Shown here one piece after another: positions 18,590 to 27,585 of a stretch of DNA of 64,000 nucleotides; position 1 is the stretch's first letter, and each line of letters opens with the position of its first letter. Below the pieces are notes generated by a model, which had not been told where the DNA came from, ran no database searches, and saw only the letters and a program-made list of their open reading frames with translations. Made by a program: the position numbers and the translations under genes. Source of the DNA: a virus (lineage: Duplodnaviria; Heunggongvirae; Uroviricota; Caudoviricetes); IMG/VR virus record IMGVR_UViG_3300042398_001353. One strand, given 5' to 3'.

Positions 18590-18767
18590 CAACTGGATGG
18601 TTGAGATGGATGGGATCGGGGATCTACAATTGCACCCAGATGTTGTTAAGGAATTTAAAGAATGGGAATTGATGTTTGATAATATCGAGGCCAGAATATT
18701 AGCACAACCATATGCGGACTTTGAGCTTGTTGATGGATGTGCAAGACTAATAAACAAAACAGAATGA
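18561..18767 (+). CDS. hypothetical small protein
   Basis: 68-aa ORF. Confidence 0.3.
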   Translation: MKGRLHKKDNNWMVEMDGIGDLQLHPDVVKEFKEWELMFDNIEARILAQPYADFELVDGCARLINKTE

Positions 18768-18967
18768 TAATAGCATTAGCAATGTATTGGTTAATCACAA
18801 CCATATACGCAACCTACTGGTTGGTAAAGAACCCATCTAATAGAACATATGAAGATCCGGAGTATGTGACCCTACTAGAAATACTGGCCAAGTTCTTCGT
18901 GTGTTTAATATTGGGTCCGTTCTTTGTACCCATAGCACTATTAAGCACAATAAGATTTAAGAGATAA
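18737..18967 (+). CDS. small membrane protein
   Basis: Two TM segments (IIALAMYWLITTIYATYWLV; FFVCLILGPFFVPIALL). Confidence 0.35.
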   Translation: MCKTNKQNRMIIALAMYWLITTIYATYWLVKNPSNRTYEDPEYVTLLEILAKFFVCLILGPFFVPIALLSTIRFKR

Positions 18968-18972
18968 TAGAT

Positions 18973-19635
18973 ATGTTAAAGATATACCAATACCTTAGAA
19001 GGTCAACACATCACCAAAAATACTCTTTATTAATCCAAAGAGAGATTATGGATTTATATATTAAAGAAAATCCAAACACATATGAAGTTATTCAAATAAT
19101 TGAGGACACATCATCAGCAACGAATGTTAATAGACCAGAATTTATAAAAATTATGAATATTTGTGTAGAAAATAATGGTTTTTTAATGGTTACTCATTTG
19201 GATAGATTAACCAGAAGTGTTAGTGATTTTGATAATATAATCAGTAAGGGGTTAAAAATAATATCTTTAGATTGTTTATCAGCAACAATTGAAGACATGA
19301 GATTTAAGGTATTAATGTCTGAGATCGCCACGAAAAGAAATAATAAAGCAACTTCGGATGTTTTAAAACATATAGGAAAATATAAAAAACTTGGTAATCC
19401 TAATGGATGGAAGGATGTACAAATAAAAGCTCAAGCGACCAGGGTGGGTAAAATGAAAGAGTGGATCTTAGGTAGCCATGAGATCTATGAAACGATATGT
19501 AGATTCCCTTCATTAAGTAAAGCCGCAGCTTTTTTAAATAATAATGGATATAAAGCATTTAGAGGTAAACAGTGGCAAACTACTCAAGTCAGTACATTCA
19601 TCAAAAAATATAATGAATATGTTTTAAATAACTAA
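18973..19635 (+). CDS. small serine recombinase (resolvase/invertase type)
   Basis: YLRRSTHHQ (Y-x-R-x-S-T-x-x-Q, catalytic Ser), DTSSATNVNRPEF and LDRLTRS match resolvase catalytic-domain signatures; probable C-terminal HTH. Confidence 0.75.
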   Translation: MLKIYQYLRRSTHHQKYSLLIQREIMDLYIKENPNTYEVIQIIEDTSSATNVNRPEFIKIMNICVENNGFLMVTHLDRLTRSVSDFDNIISKGLKIISLDCLSATIEDMRFKVLMSEIATKRNNKATSDVLKHIGKYKKLGNPNGWKDVQIKAQATRVGKMKEWILGSHEIYETICRFPSLSKAAAFLNNNGYKAFRGKQWQTTQVSTFIKKYNEYVLNN

Positions 19636-19642
19636 AGATATA

Positions 19643-20419
19643 ATGAAAAGAACATACATAACTAAAGATGAATTAAAATCTCTTTTAAACATCATTAAAA
19701 GGGATAAAAAATATGATTTTTATATTATTATTAAATGTTTAACTGAACTTAATGTTGGTTATAAAGTTCTTGAAAAAATGACTTGGGATAAGTTGGCTAT
19801 TGCTTTAAGTGATAGAAAAGATTTATATAACGAACTGGTTGAATTCAGAGACATTGCCAACTCTAAACGTAAATCCTACAAGGTAAACAATATTGTCCAA
19901 ATTAGTAATCGTTACTTTAATGAGAAAATAAAAGAGTATCAAAGATATGCTGGTATATCAAGAAGTGTAAACATAAGTAGTAAAATATTTGGTAGTAGAA
20001 TTTATTTGGAATCCGGTGAAGTGCATGGGGTTATAGAATATGTGAAAAAGAATAAATTAGCTGAACCGCCTAAAAATAACTTTTTATATGTGGTTAGACA
20101 TAAACACAGGGATGATATGATTAACACGCTTTTAAAAGATAAAAAAATTGGAATAACTAATGATTTAAACCACAGAATAAAAGGATTAACATTAGGACCA
20201 GTAGAGATAGAATGTTTAAAAGTTTGGAAAATTGATTTTTCTTTTATTCATAAAGTGGAGAAGATTTTACACAAAAAATTTGAAGATAGAAAAATTATTG
20301 GTGAGTGGTTTGAGGATATGGACAACAATATAGTACAGGAAATAGAAAAGGAAATAATGCTTCTTAGGTTATTGGAAATTGATATAGAAGAAATTGATAA
20401 TGATAATCTTATTATCTAA
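19643..20419 (+). CDS. T5orf172 (GIY-YIG-like) domain protein
   Basis: FLYVVRHKHRD ... IGITNDLNHRIKG ... DRKIIGEWFEDM: T5orf172/MUG113 signature. Confidence 0.6.
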   Translation: MKRTYITKDELKSLLNIIKRDKKYDFYIIIKCLTELNVGYKVLEKMTWDKLAIALSDRKDLYNELVEFRDIANSKRKSYKVNNIVQISNRYFNEKIKEYQRYAGISRSVNISSKIFGSRIYLESGEVHGVIEYVKKNKLAEPPKNNFLYVVRHKHRDDMINTLLKDKKIGITNDLNHRIKGLTLGPVEIECLKVWKIDFSFIHKVEKILHKKFEDRKIIGEWFEDMDNNIVQEIEKEIMLLRLLEIDIEEIDNDNLII

Positions 20420-20790
20420 ATGGTAGCAAACAATCCCTGCAAGATATAGGATAGCTTATATCCAGCAAACGCCCCAAGCGCCGACGGTATTGGAAAGACA
20501 ATAAGTTTACCAAGATCTGTTACATATTTGGGACGATTCACGATTCTACCCATAAAGAAATAATATGCAAGATAACCAAGAATAACCATAAGATCCATTC
20601 TTGTTGATATAAACACCACAATGGTTGCACCAAGGAATCCAAAGATAAAGTTATCTCTAACTCCCTCCAATACTTCCTTAGGACCACAGTCCTTCCACTC
20701 CTTAACCATTTTTTGAAATTGCTTTTTAGCCATATATATAAATAGATATAAAACAAACCACAATATAACTATGGAAAAAATAATTGGCAA
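20416..20790 (-). CDS. multi-pass membrane protein (lone - strand gene inside the + strand block)
   Basis: 124 aa, 3-4 hydrophobic helices. Confidence 0.4.
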   Translation of the reverse strand: MPIIFSIVILWFVLYLFIYMAKKQFQKMVKEWKDCGPKEVLEGVRDNFIFGFLGATIVVFISTRMDLMVILGYLAYYFFMGRIVNRPKYVTDLGKLIVFPIPSALGAFAGYKLSYILQGLFATI

Positions 20791-20989
20791 CTACAAAGTA
20801 TTCATGGAAACCATCCTAGACCCAGAAGGAGAAGTGATATACCATAAGGTAATCTCACCAATGTTCAAAGGTAAGGTATTAGAGCTAATGTATGAAGATG
20901 ATCTAACAGAAGATGTTATCAAAAAGCATATACAAGTAACAAACAATCACTATGAGTTAGATGATTGGTATCCAGATTCACACATTTAA
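20771..20989 (+). CDS. hypothetical small acidic protein
   Basis: 72-aa ORF. Confidence 0.3.
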   Translation: MEKIIGNYKVFMETILDPEGEVIYHKVISPMFKGKVLELMYEDDLTEDVIKKHIQVTNNHYELDDWYPDSHI

Positions 20990-21099
20990 CCATTAATTAA
21001 CACAAGAACGCGCACGTCCCTATATATGTGGTGTGAATTTTTTTTGTGATATCAAGGATTTTTTCTACATTCGCATATCAATAACATAAAAAAACTGAT

Positions 21100-21561
21100 A
21101 TGAATATCTTTTATCTGGACAACTCGCCAACCAAATGCGCGCAATATCATAATGATAAGCATGTGGTTAAAATGATCCTGGAGACCGCTCAACTACTATG
21201 TAGCGCCCACTGGGTAACAGGATCTTCCGCCCCATATAAACTATCCCATGCAAACCACCCATCTTCCAAATGGACCAGACAAGATTTGCATAACTATATA
21301 TGGCTATGTGAACTGGGCATCCAACTATGCTACGAATATAAACATAGATACGGGAAAACCCATAAGTCATATGATATAATCCTATGGTGCTGTGATAATC
21401 ACCCAAAGATACCAGATATCAAATTCACCCACCCACCTCTAGCTATGCCAGATGAATATAAGTCTATCAACCATGTACAGTCCTATAGAGATTATTATAT
21501 GGGAGAGAAAAGAACATTTTCCACATGGAAACATAGAGATATCCCTACATGGTTTAACTAA
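21100..21561 (+). CDS. Cys/His-rich hypothetical protein
   Basis: MNIFYLDNSPTKCAQYHNDKHVVKMILETAQLL ... LWCCDNHPK; conserved-looking N-terminal block, family not identified. Confidence 0.4.
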   Translation: MNIFYLDNSPTKCAQYHNDKHVVKMILETAQLLCSAHWVTGSSAPYKLSHANHPSSKWTRQDLHNYIWLCELGIQLCYEYKHRYGKTHKSYDIILWCCDNHPKIPDIKFTHPPLAMPDEYKSINHVQSYRDYYMGEKRTFSTWKHRDIPTWFN

Positions 21562-21570
21562 AACAATATT

Positions 21571-21909
21571 ATGAAAAGCAATAAAGAAATACTAGAATAC
21601 CTGAAACCCTATACAGAAATGGATGGGATATTCCTACCCACAAAGATAGTAGTATATGAGAAATATAATAACCAACTCATAGTAAAGATAGACATTAAAG
21701 GATCTTTTGATAAACTAGAAAAACCATTAGCCAAAGCAGATGCTATAAAACAAATGCTCAGAACTAATGGATTCCTATATCACTACTATTCAGATTCCTA
21801 TAATAGACCATGGTTTAAAAAGGATTGGCCTAAGGAGAAAAAGAAAGAAACAGCTAGAGAAAGATATGAGAGAACCCTAAGGATGATGAGATTAATAGGT
21901 CATTCTTAA
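21571..21909 (+). CDS. hypothetical protein
   Basis: 112-aa ORF. Confidence 0.3.
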   Translation: MKSNKEILEYLKPYTEMDGIFLPTKIVVYEKYNNQLIVKIDIKGSFDKLEKPLAKADAIKQMLRTNGFLYHYYSDSYNRPWFKKDWPKEKKKETARERYERTLRMMRLIGHS

Positions 21910-21961
21910 ATTTGGAAATCCGAAAATAATCCCTTATATTAGATAAAAAAACAAAAACATT

Positions 21962-22429
21962 ATGGAACAAAAAACAATTTCGGAAATCATTTCCGGCCAA
22001 AAAGTAAGCTCATTAAACATGAGAGAAAAAATAAAAACAATGTCTGATGCTGAGCTTGAGCAATTTATATTGGCAAGACTAGGCTTTGACGGTACCTATG
22101 ATGAGGACGGGCGAACAAATCATTTAAGATTTGATATGTCTGGAATGTCTGAAAGGTTTATCTGGTTAAAAGAATCTAGACAGATGATGGACTTGTTCAT
22201 TGATTGTGGGATATATGATAGAGTGGTTTTTATTCATGTGGATGCATATAAGGGTGGAATGCATATGTTCTATAAATGGTGGGAAGATGATGACTATTTC
22301 CATACCGATGGTGAATCAACAGTACAGGTTATGGACTTAACCAATATGGGGACAAGAGAAATACTTAAAACCATTATACAATTCTTTTGTATTGATAACC
22401 AAGATAAAAAACAAAGAAGATTAAATTAA
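21962..22429 (+). CDS. hypothetical protein
   Basis: 155-aa ORF. Confidence 0.3.
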   Translation: MEQKTISEIISGQKVSSLNMREKIKTMSDAELEQFILARLGFDGTYDEDGRTNHLRFDMSGMSERFIWLKESRQMMDLFIDCGIYDRVVFIHVDAYKGGMHMFYKWWEDDDYFHTDGESTVQVMDLTNMGTREILKTIIQFFCIDNQDKKQRRLN

Positions 22430-22436
22430 AAACATT

Positions 22437-22706
22437 ATGGAAAAGAGTAGATACAACGAAATCAAAGAAGAGGCTGAAAGAAGAGTAAAGCTATGGGTAG
22501 AAAATACCTCATTCTCTGAAATGACCGTTAGCGGATCAAGACTAAGATTCAATATGGGAATCGGTGCCATGGGTTATCCATTCCAAAAAGAAGAATGGAT
22601 GGGCGAAGATGACTTTAAAAGCTTTGTTACAGAAGAAGAATTTGATTCCCCACAGTATGATGAAATAGCTGATGGGTTGTTTAAGAAGTACTATGATCTA
22701 GATTAA
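22437..22706 (+). CDS. hypothetical small acidic protein
   Basis: 89-aa ORF. Confidence 0.3.
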   Translation: MEKSRYNEIKEEAERRVKLWVENTSFSEMTVSGSRLRFNMGIGAMGYPFQKEEWMGEDDFKSFVTEEEFDSPQYDEIADGLFKKYYDLD

Positions 22707-22708
22707 TT

Positions 22709-23389
22709 ATGGGTAGAAAACTAAATGTCACTATTGGTGAACGGTTTGGTATGCTAACCATCATAGAATATCTTGGACTGTTTAATAAAGCAAAAAAAGT
22801 TGTTTGTAAATGTGATTGCGGGAATACCACAACAAAATACTATAGCAGTTTAACATCTAAAGATAGTAAATCCTGTGGCTGTGATATATTAGTACCATTA
22901 ATATCCGGTACACGTTATGGTAAACTTATTGCAGTTGAAGAACTTAAAAACAACAAGTCCAGAAAAAGATTAATAAAATGTCAATGTGATTGTGGGAATG
23001 AAAAAATTGTTTCATATGGTAATCTAAGGAGTAATAATACTAGATCCTGCGGTTGTTTAGTTATCCCACCCAAAAATACAAAAATAACCCATGGGAAAAC
23101 AAGAACCATTGAATACAATTCATGGAAAGCAATGAAAAGAAGATGTTATGATATAAACCATAAATCATATAATCACTATGGAGGAAGAGGTATTATTGTA
23201 TGTGATAGATGGTTAGAACTAGATGGTAATGGTTGTTCTAACTTCATACTAGATATGGGACTAAGACCGTCAAGCAAATATTCATTAGATAGAATAGATG
23301 TTAATGGTAATTACGAACCTAGTAATTGTAGATGGGCAACCCCTAAACAACAAGCAAATAATAAAAGACAAAAACAACCATCACACTAG
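22709..23389 (+). CDS. HNH homing endonuclease with tandem Cys4 zinc-finger repeats
   Basis: Two CKCDCGN...SCGC repeats, then KSYNHYGGRGIIVCDRW and SLDRIDVNGNYEPSNCRWATPKQQANN (HNH_3-type core). Confidence 0.65.
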   Translation: MGRKLNVTIGERFGMLTIIEYLGLFNKAKKVVCKCDCGNTTTKYYSSLTSKDSKSCGCDILVPLISGTRYGKLIAVEELKNNKSRKRLIKCQCDCGNEKIVSYGNLRSNNTRSCGCLVIPPKNTKITHGKTRTIEYNSWKAMKRRCYDINHKSYNHYGGRGIIVCDRWLELDGNGCSNFILDMGLRPSSKYSLDRIDVNGNYEPSNCRWATPKQQANNKRQKQPSH

Positions 23390-23419
23390 AGCCCTTGAGC
23401 ACTTTATGCGAAAGGGCGA
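23388..23419. repeat. 32-bp direct repeat, copy 2
   Basis: Identical to 13363..13394; overlaps the TAG stop of 22709..23389. Confidence 0.85.
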
Positions 23420-24200
23420 CCCTATATGTTCACTTTTGTTCTCTGTTCACGATCCGTGAACAACGGTATTTTGTGAACACCAGCTTCCTGGTTTGGCGCG
23501 TTTTTACTTCTGTATTTGGCACAATAATAAGCCTTAAATCTGCACAATAGAAGTATGCCAAAAAGTCCATATTTATGCAAATATATGCATATAATACTGA
23601 CATAATTGGTACTGAAAACATCGTAGCTAATTTTATTGCGTTTAGAGCCCCGTTAGGGGCATTTTTTTGGCTGGCTGTATTACAATCGCAAAAAGTGGGA
23701 AAAAATGTTAATAAGTGGGAACCACCCAGGAAGTGTCCCTTGTGTGAATCACGACCCACAAAAAAAATTATTTGGAATTTATATAGTTTTATTTAAGCTC
23801 GCCCACCCCCATAAAGGGGTCGCGGGCTCGCCTGCTTGCACCGGCCGGTGTATGACAGGTCATTAAAAGTGTTTAATGTATGGGCCTAAAAGTTAAACAA
23901 AATAAAGGGGTGTCATACGGCTCCGCAGGACGAGCCCAGTATGGTACTGGGCGAGCCTATACTGGTGTCATACGCAATTTAAAATAGTTTTATTTAGAAT
24001 GCTCGCCGGTCAGTACCATACTAACCGGCTCGCTGTTGGACCGTCATACAGTGGCCCAGGTCATACGGCGCCCATAAGTCATACGCATAAAAAAACCCAG
24101 AGGGTTAGTCTGGGCGTGATACAGGGCGAGGACCAGTATGGTACTGGTCCGAGCATCTATTATTTTAAACTTATGTCTACTGCGATGTTGTCATACGGCT
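23420..24200. repeat. convergent non-coding region with iteron arrays (candidate ori/pac/regulatory)
   Basis: 7 copies of GTCATAC(G) (23850 inverted; 23912, 23967, 24043, 24060, 24078, 24190), ~8 copies of GCTCGCC/GGCGAGC, 4 copies of GTTCAC/GTGAAC (23440-23500), two near-identical hairpins ccagtatggtactgg (23934..23952, 24130..24150). Confidence 0.6.
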
Positions 24201-24858
24201 GCCACTCGATCGGGGAATAATCTCTGAGCATATCTTCTACGCTTCTCCTCATATCGTTTGGTGTTGGTGTTTTAGGATCTTTACCGTCATACGTGACTCT
24301 TACTTTGAATGTGATACCTGGAGCCAGAGTTTCCTGGTGTCTTTTGGCTGTACCGTTTGCTTGGTAGGTTATGGAAATTGGAACGCCGTCTATTGAGGTT
24401 ACATTTTTTTGAATGTACTTAATGAGTTTAACCATTTTATTTAAACGAACTTGGATCTTTCTGTTAACTTCTTCCAGGTCCATTTTTTTATTTAGATTTA
24501 TTTTAATTTTGTTCATTAGGGTGTTTAGTGATTGGAGGCCGAAGTCTTTTACTTTGTCAGCTCCCATGATCATACTACTGATCTCACCCAGGTGTTCATA
24601 CTCTTCCATGATGACCTTGTTGATCATCCACTCTGAGTCATCTATTGCTGTGCCGGCCACTTCTACTATGTGACCCATTGCGTACATGTATAAATCGACA
24701 CCTACGTAAGGTGGAATGTTTTCAATGAACAGTGAGACTGCTACAATGTTATCGTCTCCCAGAGATCCGGTTTTGATATAGATCCTGTATTGGTATGGTC
24801 CATCTTTGTAGACTACGCCGGCCAGTTGGCCAAAGTCTGGTTCTTGCTTTTCTTTCAT
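24160..24858 (-). CDS. hypothetical protein
   Basis: 232-aa ORF; first gene of the - strand block. Confidence 0.4.
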   Translation of the reverse strand: MKEKQEPDFGQLAGVVYKDGPYQYRIYIKTGSLGDDNIVAVSLFIENIPPYVGVDLYMYAMGHIVEVAGTAIDDSEWMINKVIMEEYEHLGEISSMIMGADKVKDFGLQSLNTLMNKIKINLNKKMDLEEVNRKIQVRLNKMVKLIKYIQKNVTSIDGVPISITYQANGTAKRHQETLAPGITFKVRVTYDGKDPKTPTPNDMRRSVEDMLRDYSPIEWQPYDNIAVDISLK

Positions 24859-24872
24859 AATATATAAATATT

Positions 24873-24905
24873 AAAAAAAGGGGATCCGATTCCTCAGGTC
24901 CCCTT
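24873..24905 (-). terminator. rho-independent terminator (- strand)
   Basis: aagggga/tcccctt stem with 14-nt loop; on the - strand it is followed by TTTTTTT. Confidence 0.5.
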
Positions 24906-24930
24906 CTTTGAACAAACATATAGATGAAGC

Positions 24931-25119
24931 TTATACCGCCGTCTTAAGAAGTGAGTTACGGTACATTACTGCAGCACGTTTAGAACTTAAGTTCTTGCTG
25001 TAGCGCTCTCCGTTAAGGATCATTCTTACACGATAGCTTGTGCCATCAAAGTAAATGTTTGGTCCCACTGACTTATAAACTGTCAATGGTGTGGATTTGG
25101 TTGTTCTTTGTTTTTTCAT
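24931..25119 (-). CDS. small basic protein (possible DNA-binding)
   Basis: Track ORF trimmed to the MKKQRTTKST start (25119); the 5' extension runs through intergenic sequence. Confidence 0.35.
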   Translation of the reverse strand: MKKQRTTKSTPLTVYKSVGPNIYFDGTSYRVRMILNGERYSKNLSSKRAAVMYRNSLLKTAV

Positions 25120-25192
25120 AACATTTATTAATTTATAATAAAATATACGAAAAAAATCTGGAATAAAAAAATCCTGGGGGAATATAATTAAT

Positions 25193-25819
25193 TTAATCTT
25201 CTTGCTTCGACTGCAGGAACTCGCAGTAGTTGCAGGACCCATCCGATTCTAGCTCGGCCCCGCATTCCATACAATCAGGTTCACCTTCCGATTCGTCATC
25301 GGCGGATTGATCAATGAATACTAGTTGAAGCGCGACCACTTTATCATCAACCTCAGCCCCATACACTGGATACATCCCGTCACCCCAGCCGCTGCTGCTA
25401 ACAGCTCCTGCGTCATACGCACCCCAGCCTGATTCACCTAAGGTAAACTTGCACATCTTCTCATACCAGGCGTCACCTTCTAGATCCCGTCCAGGTAATA
25501 CAAAGTCAACATATGGAGTTTGAATCGCTTCTGCAGCAGAATCATTCCTGTATGACGCCGCATCAAACACTCCCGCTTGGCCGCTGTCGACGCCGAAGTC
25601 CCCGAACCAGTCATACACAAGATCCTTGGTAATCTGGTGATCCTTGTGAACCAGGAATAGCTCAGCGTTCCTGTTGGTTCCCTGCTTCTCATCATAGATC
25701 ATTGAAACGATCCATTCACCAGGTAATACATTGGTTAGTTTGGTTTGGCACCAGGTTGGTACACTGTAGCAAGGGTCCGTTACATATACTTCGGGCCCTA
25801 GGTTAATTGTCTTTGTCAT
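25193..25819 (-). CDS. hypothetical protein with acidic Cys-rich C-terminus
   Basis: 208 aa; ...DDESEGEPDCMECGAELESDGSCNYCEF. Confidence 0.4.
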   Translation of the reverse strand: MTKTINLGPEVYVTDPCYSVPTWCQTKLTNVLPGEWIVSMIYDEKQGTNRNAELFLVHKDHQITKDLVYDWFGDFGVDSGQAGVFDAASYRNDSAAEAIQTPYVDFVLPGRDLEGDAWYEKMCKFTLGESGWGAYDAGAVSSSGWGDGMYPVYGAEVDDKVVALQLVFIDQSADDESEGEPDCMECGAELESDGSCNYCEFLQSKQED

Positions 25820-25866
25820 AGTAAAGATTTTAGATTAGGTGGAAAGTTAAGAATAATTTCTTGAAA

Positions 25867-26055
25867 TCAAAAATTTTTTTCTAATTGATATTCTTCCTTG
25901 GCATACATCTCCAGGTTGAAGTCATCTTCTAATTCATCCAGGATGTTGATGATGGCCTGGGCTTCAGCTTCGGTAAATTTAATACCCATTGCTTGACAGT
26001 ACTGGACATGAGTTCTTCTAGAATCAATCCATAGTTTTAAGATTTGCGGATTCAT
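25867..26055 (-). CDS. small acidic protein
   Basis: 62 aa; conserved start context AAATAAAACTATATG. Confidence 0.35.
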   Translation of the reverse strand: MNPQILKLWIDSRRTHVQYCQAMGIKFTEAEAQAIINILDELEDDFNLEMYAKEEYQLEKNF

Positions 26056-26066
26056 ATAGTTTTATT

Positions 26067-26321
26067 TTAAATGATTGTTGGTCCCATATAGTTTTCATTG
26101 AAGGCCCTTCTGTCTGGGACCGGTAAATCCTCAGCCGGTTCTTTAACATCGATCATCGCAACCGGTGTTGCGGTAATCATATCCGGCTGGTCCCATTCGT
26201 GGATCTCGAATACTGTAGCGATCCCGTTGACGACGCTGTCATACGCTTGCTGAGCAGCAGCCCTTGCATCCGGAGCATCGATGTCGATCTCCCATACAAC
26301 TCTATAAGATTTATCTTCCAT
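26067..26321 (-). CDS. small acidic protein
   Basis: 84 aa, D/E-rich. Confidence 0.35.
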   Translation of the reverse strand: MEDKSYRVVWEIDIDAPDARAAAQQAYDSVVNGIATVFEIHEWDQPDMITATPVAMIDVKEPAEDLPVPDRRAFNENYMGPTII

Positions 26322-26368
26322 TTGAAATAGTTTTATTTTAAATTAATAATTCCGATCCTTATGCCGGA

Positions 26369-26821
26369 TTAGAATTCCTCTGGCTTCTGCACATGGTATT
26401 CCCAATCTCTTTCATCCATATTATCCCAATACTCATCACGCTTCTGGTCATATTCTGGGTCGTCTTCGTCGCCATCATAATCTGGGGTTACATCTTCCAG
26501 GTAAGTTACTTCCAGGGTAACTACTTTATTCACCAGGTCAAAGATAACTCTACCTTCGGAGCCGTCGTTATTAAAATCTGGTGAACTCACCGCTCTATCC
26601 ATTATATCCCAGATGTATGTATCTGCTATGGAATAGAAATCATTTTCATCACGAGAGCCAGGCTCTATTACTTTTCCTTTAGAATCTTCAATAGTAAAAT
26701 CGAAGAATGAGTCAAAGCTATCACCAGAACCCTGGTATCCAACTGTAATTTTAGCCGCCGCTGGGAATCTTTCCTTAAGCTCTGCTATTGTTTCTTTCTT
26801 GGTCTTTCTTACTTCTGCCAT
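26369..26821 (-). CDS. highly acidic protein (DNA-mimic candidate)
   Basis: 150 aa; long D/E runs (DYDGDEDDPEYDQKRDEYWDNMDERDWEY). Confidence 0.4.
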   Translation of the reverse strand: MAEVRKTKKETIAELKERFPAAAKITVGYQGSGDSFDSFFDFTIEDSKGKVIEPGSRDENDFYSIADTYIWDIMDRAVSSPDFNNDGSEGRVIFDLVNKVVTLEVTYLEDVTPDYDGDEDDPEYDQKRDEYWDNMDERDWEYHVQKPEEF

Positions 26822-26840
26822 TTTAAAATAGTTTTATTTG

Positions 26841-27260
26841 TTAATCAATATACTCAATTTTAACTGTTTTCTTCTCCTGCTTAATTATTCCATCAGGGAA
26901 TCGGAGCTTGGCCGACGACGGTGCTTCTCCCATACCGTTGTTCATCCAGGGCTTGAGCTGCAAGTTCTCCAGCCAGTCCTGCGGCGTTGGAATATATCTC
27001 ATATGATAATCCTCCAAGATGTGAAGCTCGCAGATATCCTTAACGCTCACGCTTCTCCCGCTGGAGTTAGTTATATATTCACCATAGATGGGAATGATTA
27101 CCTCAAAGATAAAGAACATATTATGCGTGAGCAGCCTGTGCCTGTTATCAGGAAAATATTTCTTACTGCAATCCATCTTGGAATGTATCTCTACATAATC
27201 CTGTGGAACTCCTCCCCATTTCTTAACAGAGGACTGTGCGTGTATTAACGGTGTTGCCAT
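26841..27260 (-). CDS. hypothetical protein
   Basis: 139 aa; N-terminal TPLIHAQSSVKKWGGVPQDYVEIHSKMD looks family-conserved but is unidentified. Confidence 0.4.
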   Translation of the reverse strand: MATPLIHAQSSVKKWGGVPQDYVEIHSKMDCSKKYFPDNRHRLLTHNMFFIFEVIIPIYGEYITNSSGRSVSVKDICELHILEDYHMRYIPTPQDWLENLQLKPWMNNGMGEAPSSAKLRFPDGIIKQEKKTVKIEYID

Positions 27261-27261
27261 C

Positions 27262-27579
27262 TTATGCTGGGATTAAGGTGAAGAATTCAACTTTGATTCT
27301 TTCCAGAGGAGTTACAGCTGATGCATCCAGTTCTGGATTCTCAGGGTTGGTTCCGTAGATTAAGCCGTTACCTACAAACTCTCTACCATCCAGTATAAAT
27401 CCATAGTCAGTCCCGTTAATAAGACCTTCCTCGTCGACCCATAGAGTATCTCCATTCGGGTAGTATCTTCCAATCTCCACCATATTAACATCCAGGATTA
27501 AGTACTTGTCTTCCAGCTGTCCCTTATTTTCAACAATGGATACTTGGCGGTTCTTTGCGTCGATGAATATAGCTTTCAT
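27262..27579 (-). CDS. hypothetical protein
   Basis: 105-aa ORF. Confidence 0.35.
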   Translation of the reverse strand: MKAIFIDAKNRQVSIVENKGQLEDKYLILDVNMVEIGRYYPNGDTLWVDEEGLINGTDYGFILDGREFVGNGLIYGTNPENPELDASAVTPLERIKVEFFTLIPA

Positions 27580-27585
27580 ATAAAT

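Noticed and set aside
18973-19635. Integrated prophage/lysogeny module implied by the recombinase
   Set aside because: The recombinase is a small resolvase/invertase type. No repressor/antirepressor pair or att-like flanks were recognised. It is kept as a possible local invertase/resolvase only.
23420-24200. Possible CRISPR array, because of repeated GTCATACG and GCTCGCC units
   Set aside because: The repeats are 7-8 bp, irregularly spaced, in mixed orientation and without uniform spacers. This is not the 25-40-bp regularly interspaced architecture of CRISPR.
23430-24220. ORFs 23430..23759 (-), 23575..23796 (+) and 23999..24220 (+) inside the iteron region
   Set aside because: They have no start context or promoter, run through repeats and palindromes, and overlap each other. 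They are most likely artefacts of an ORF-free, repeat-rich regulatory region.
24931-25242. Full 103-aa extent of ORF 24931..25242 (-)
   Set aside because: The upstream 41 codons overlap the end of 25193..25819 and have intergenic-like composition. It is trimmed to the MKKQ start at 25119.
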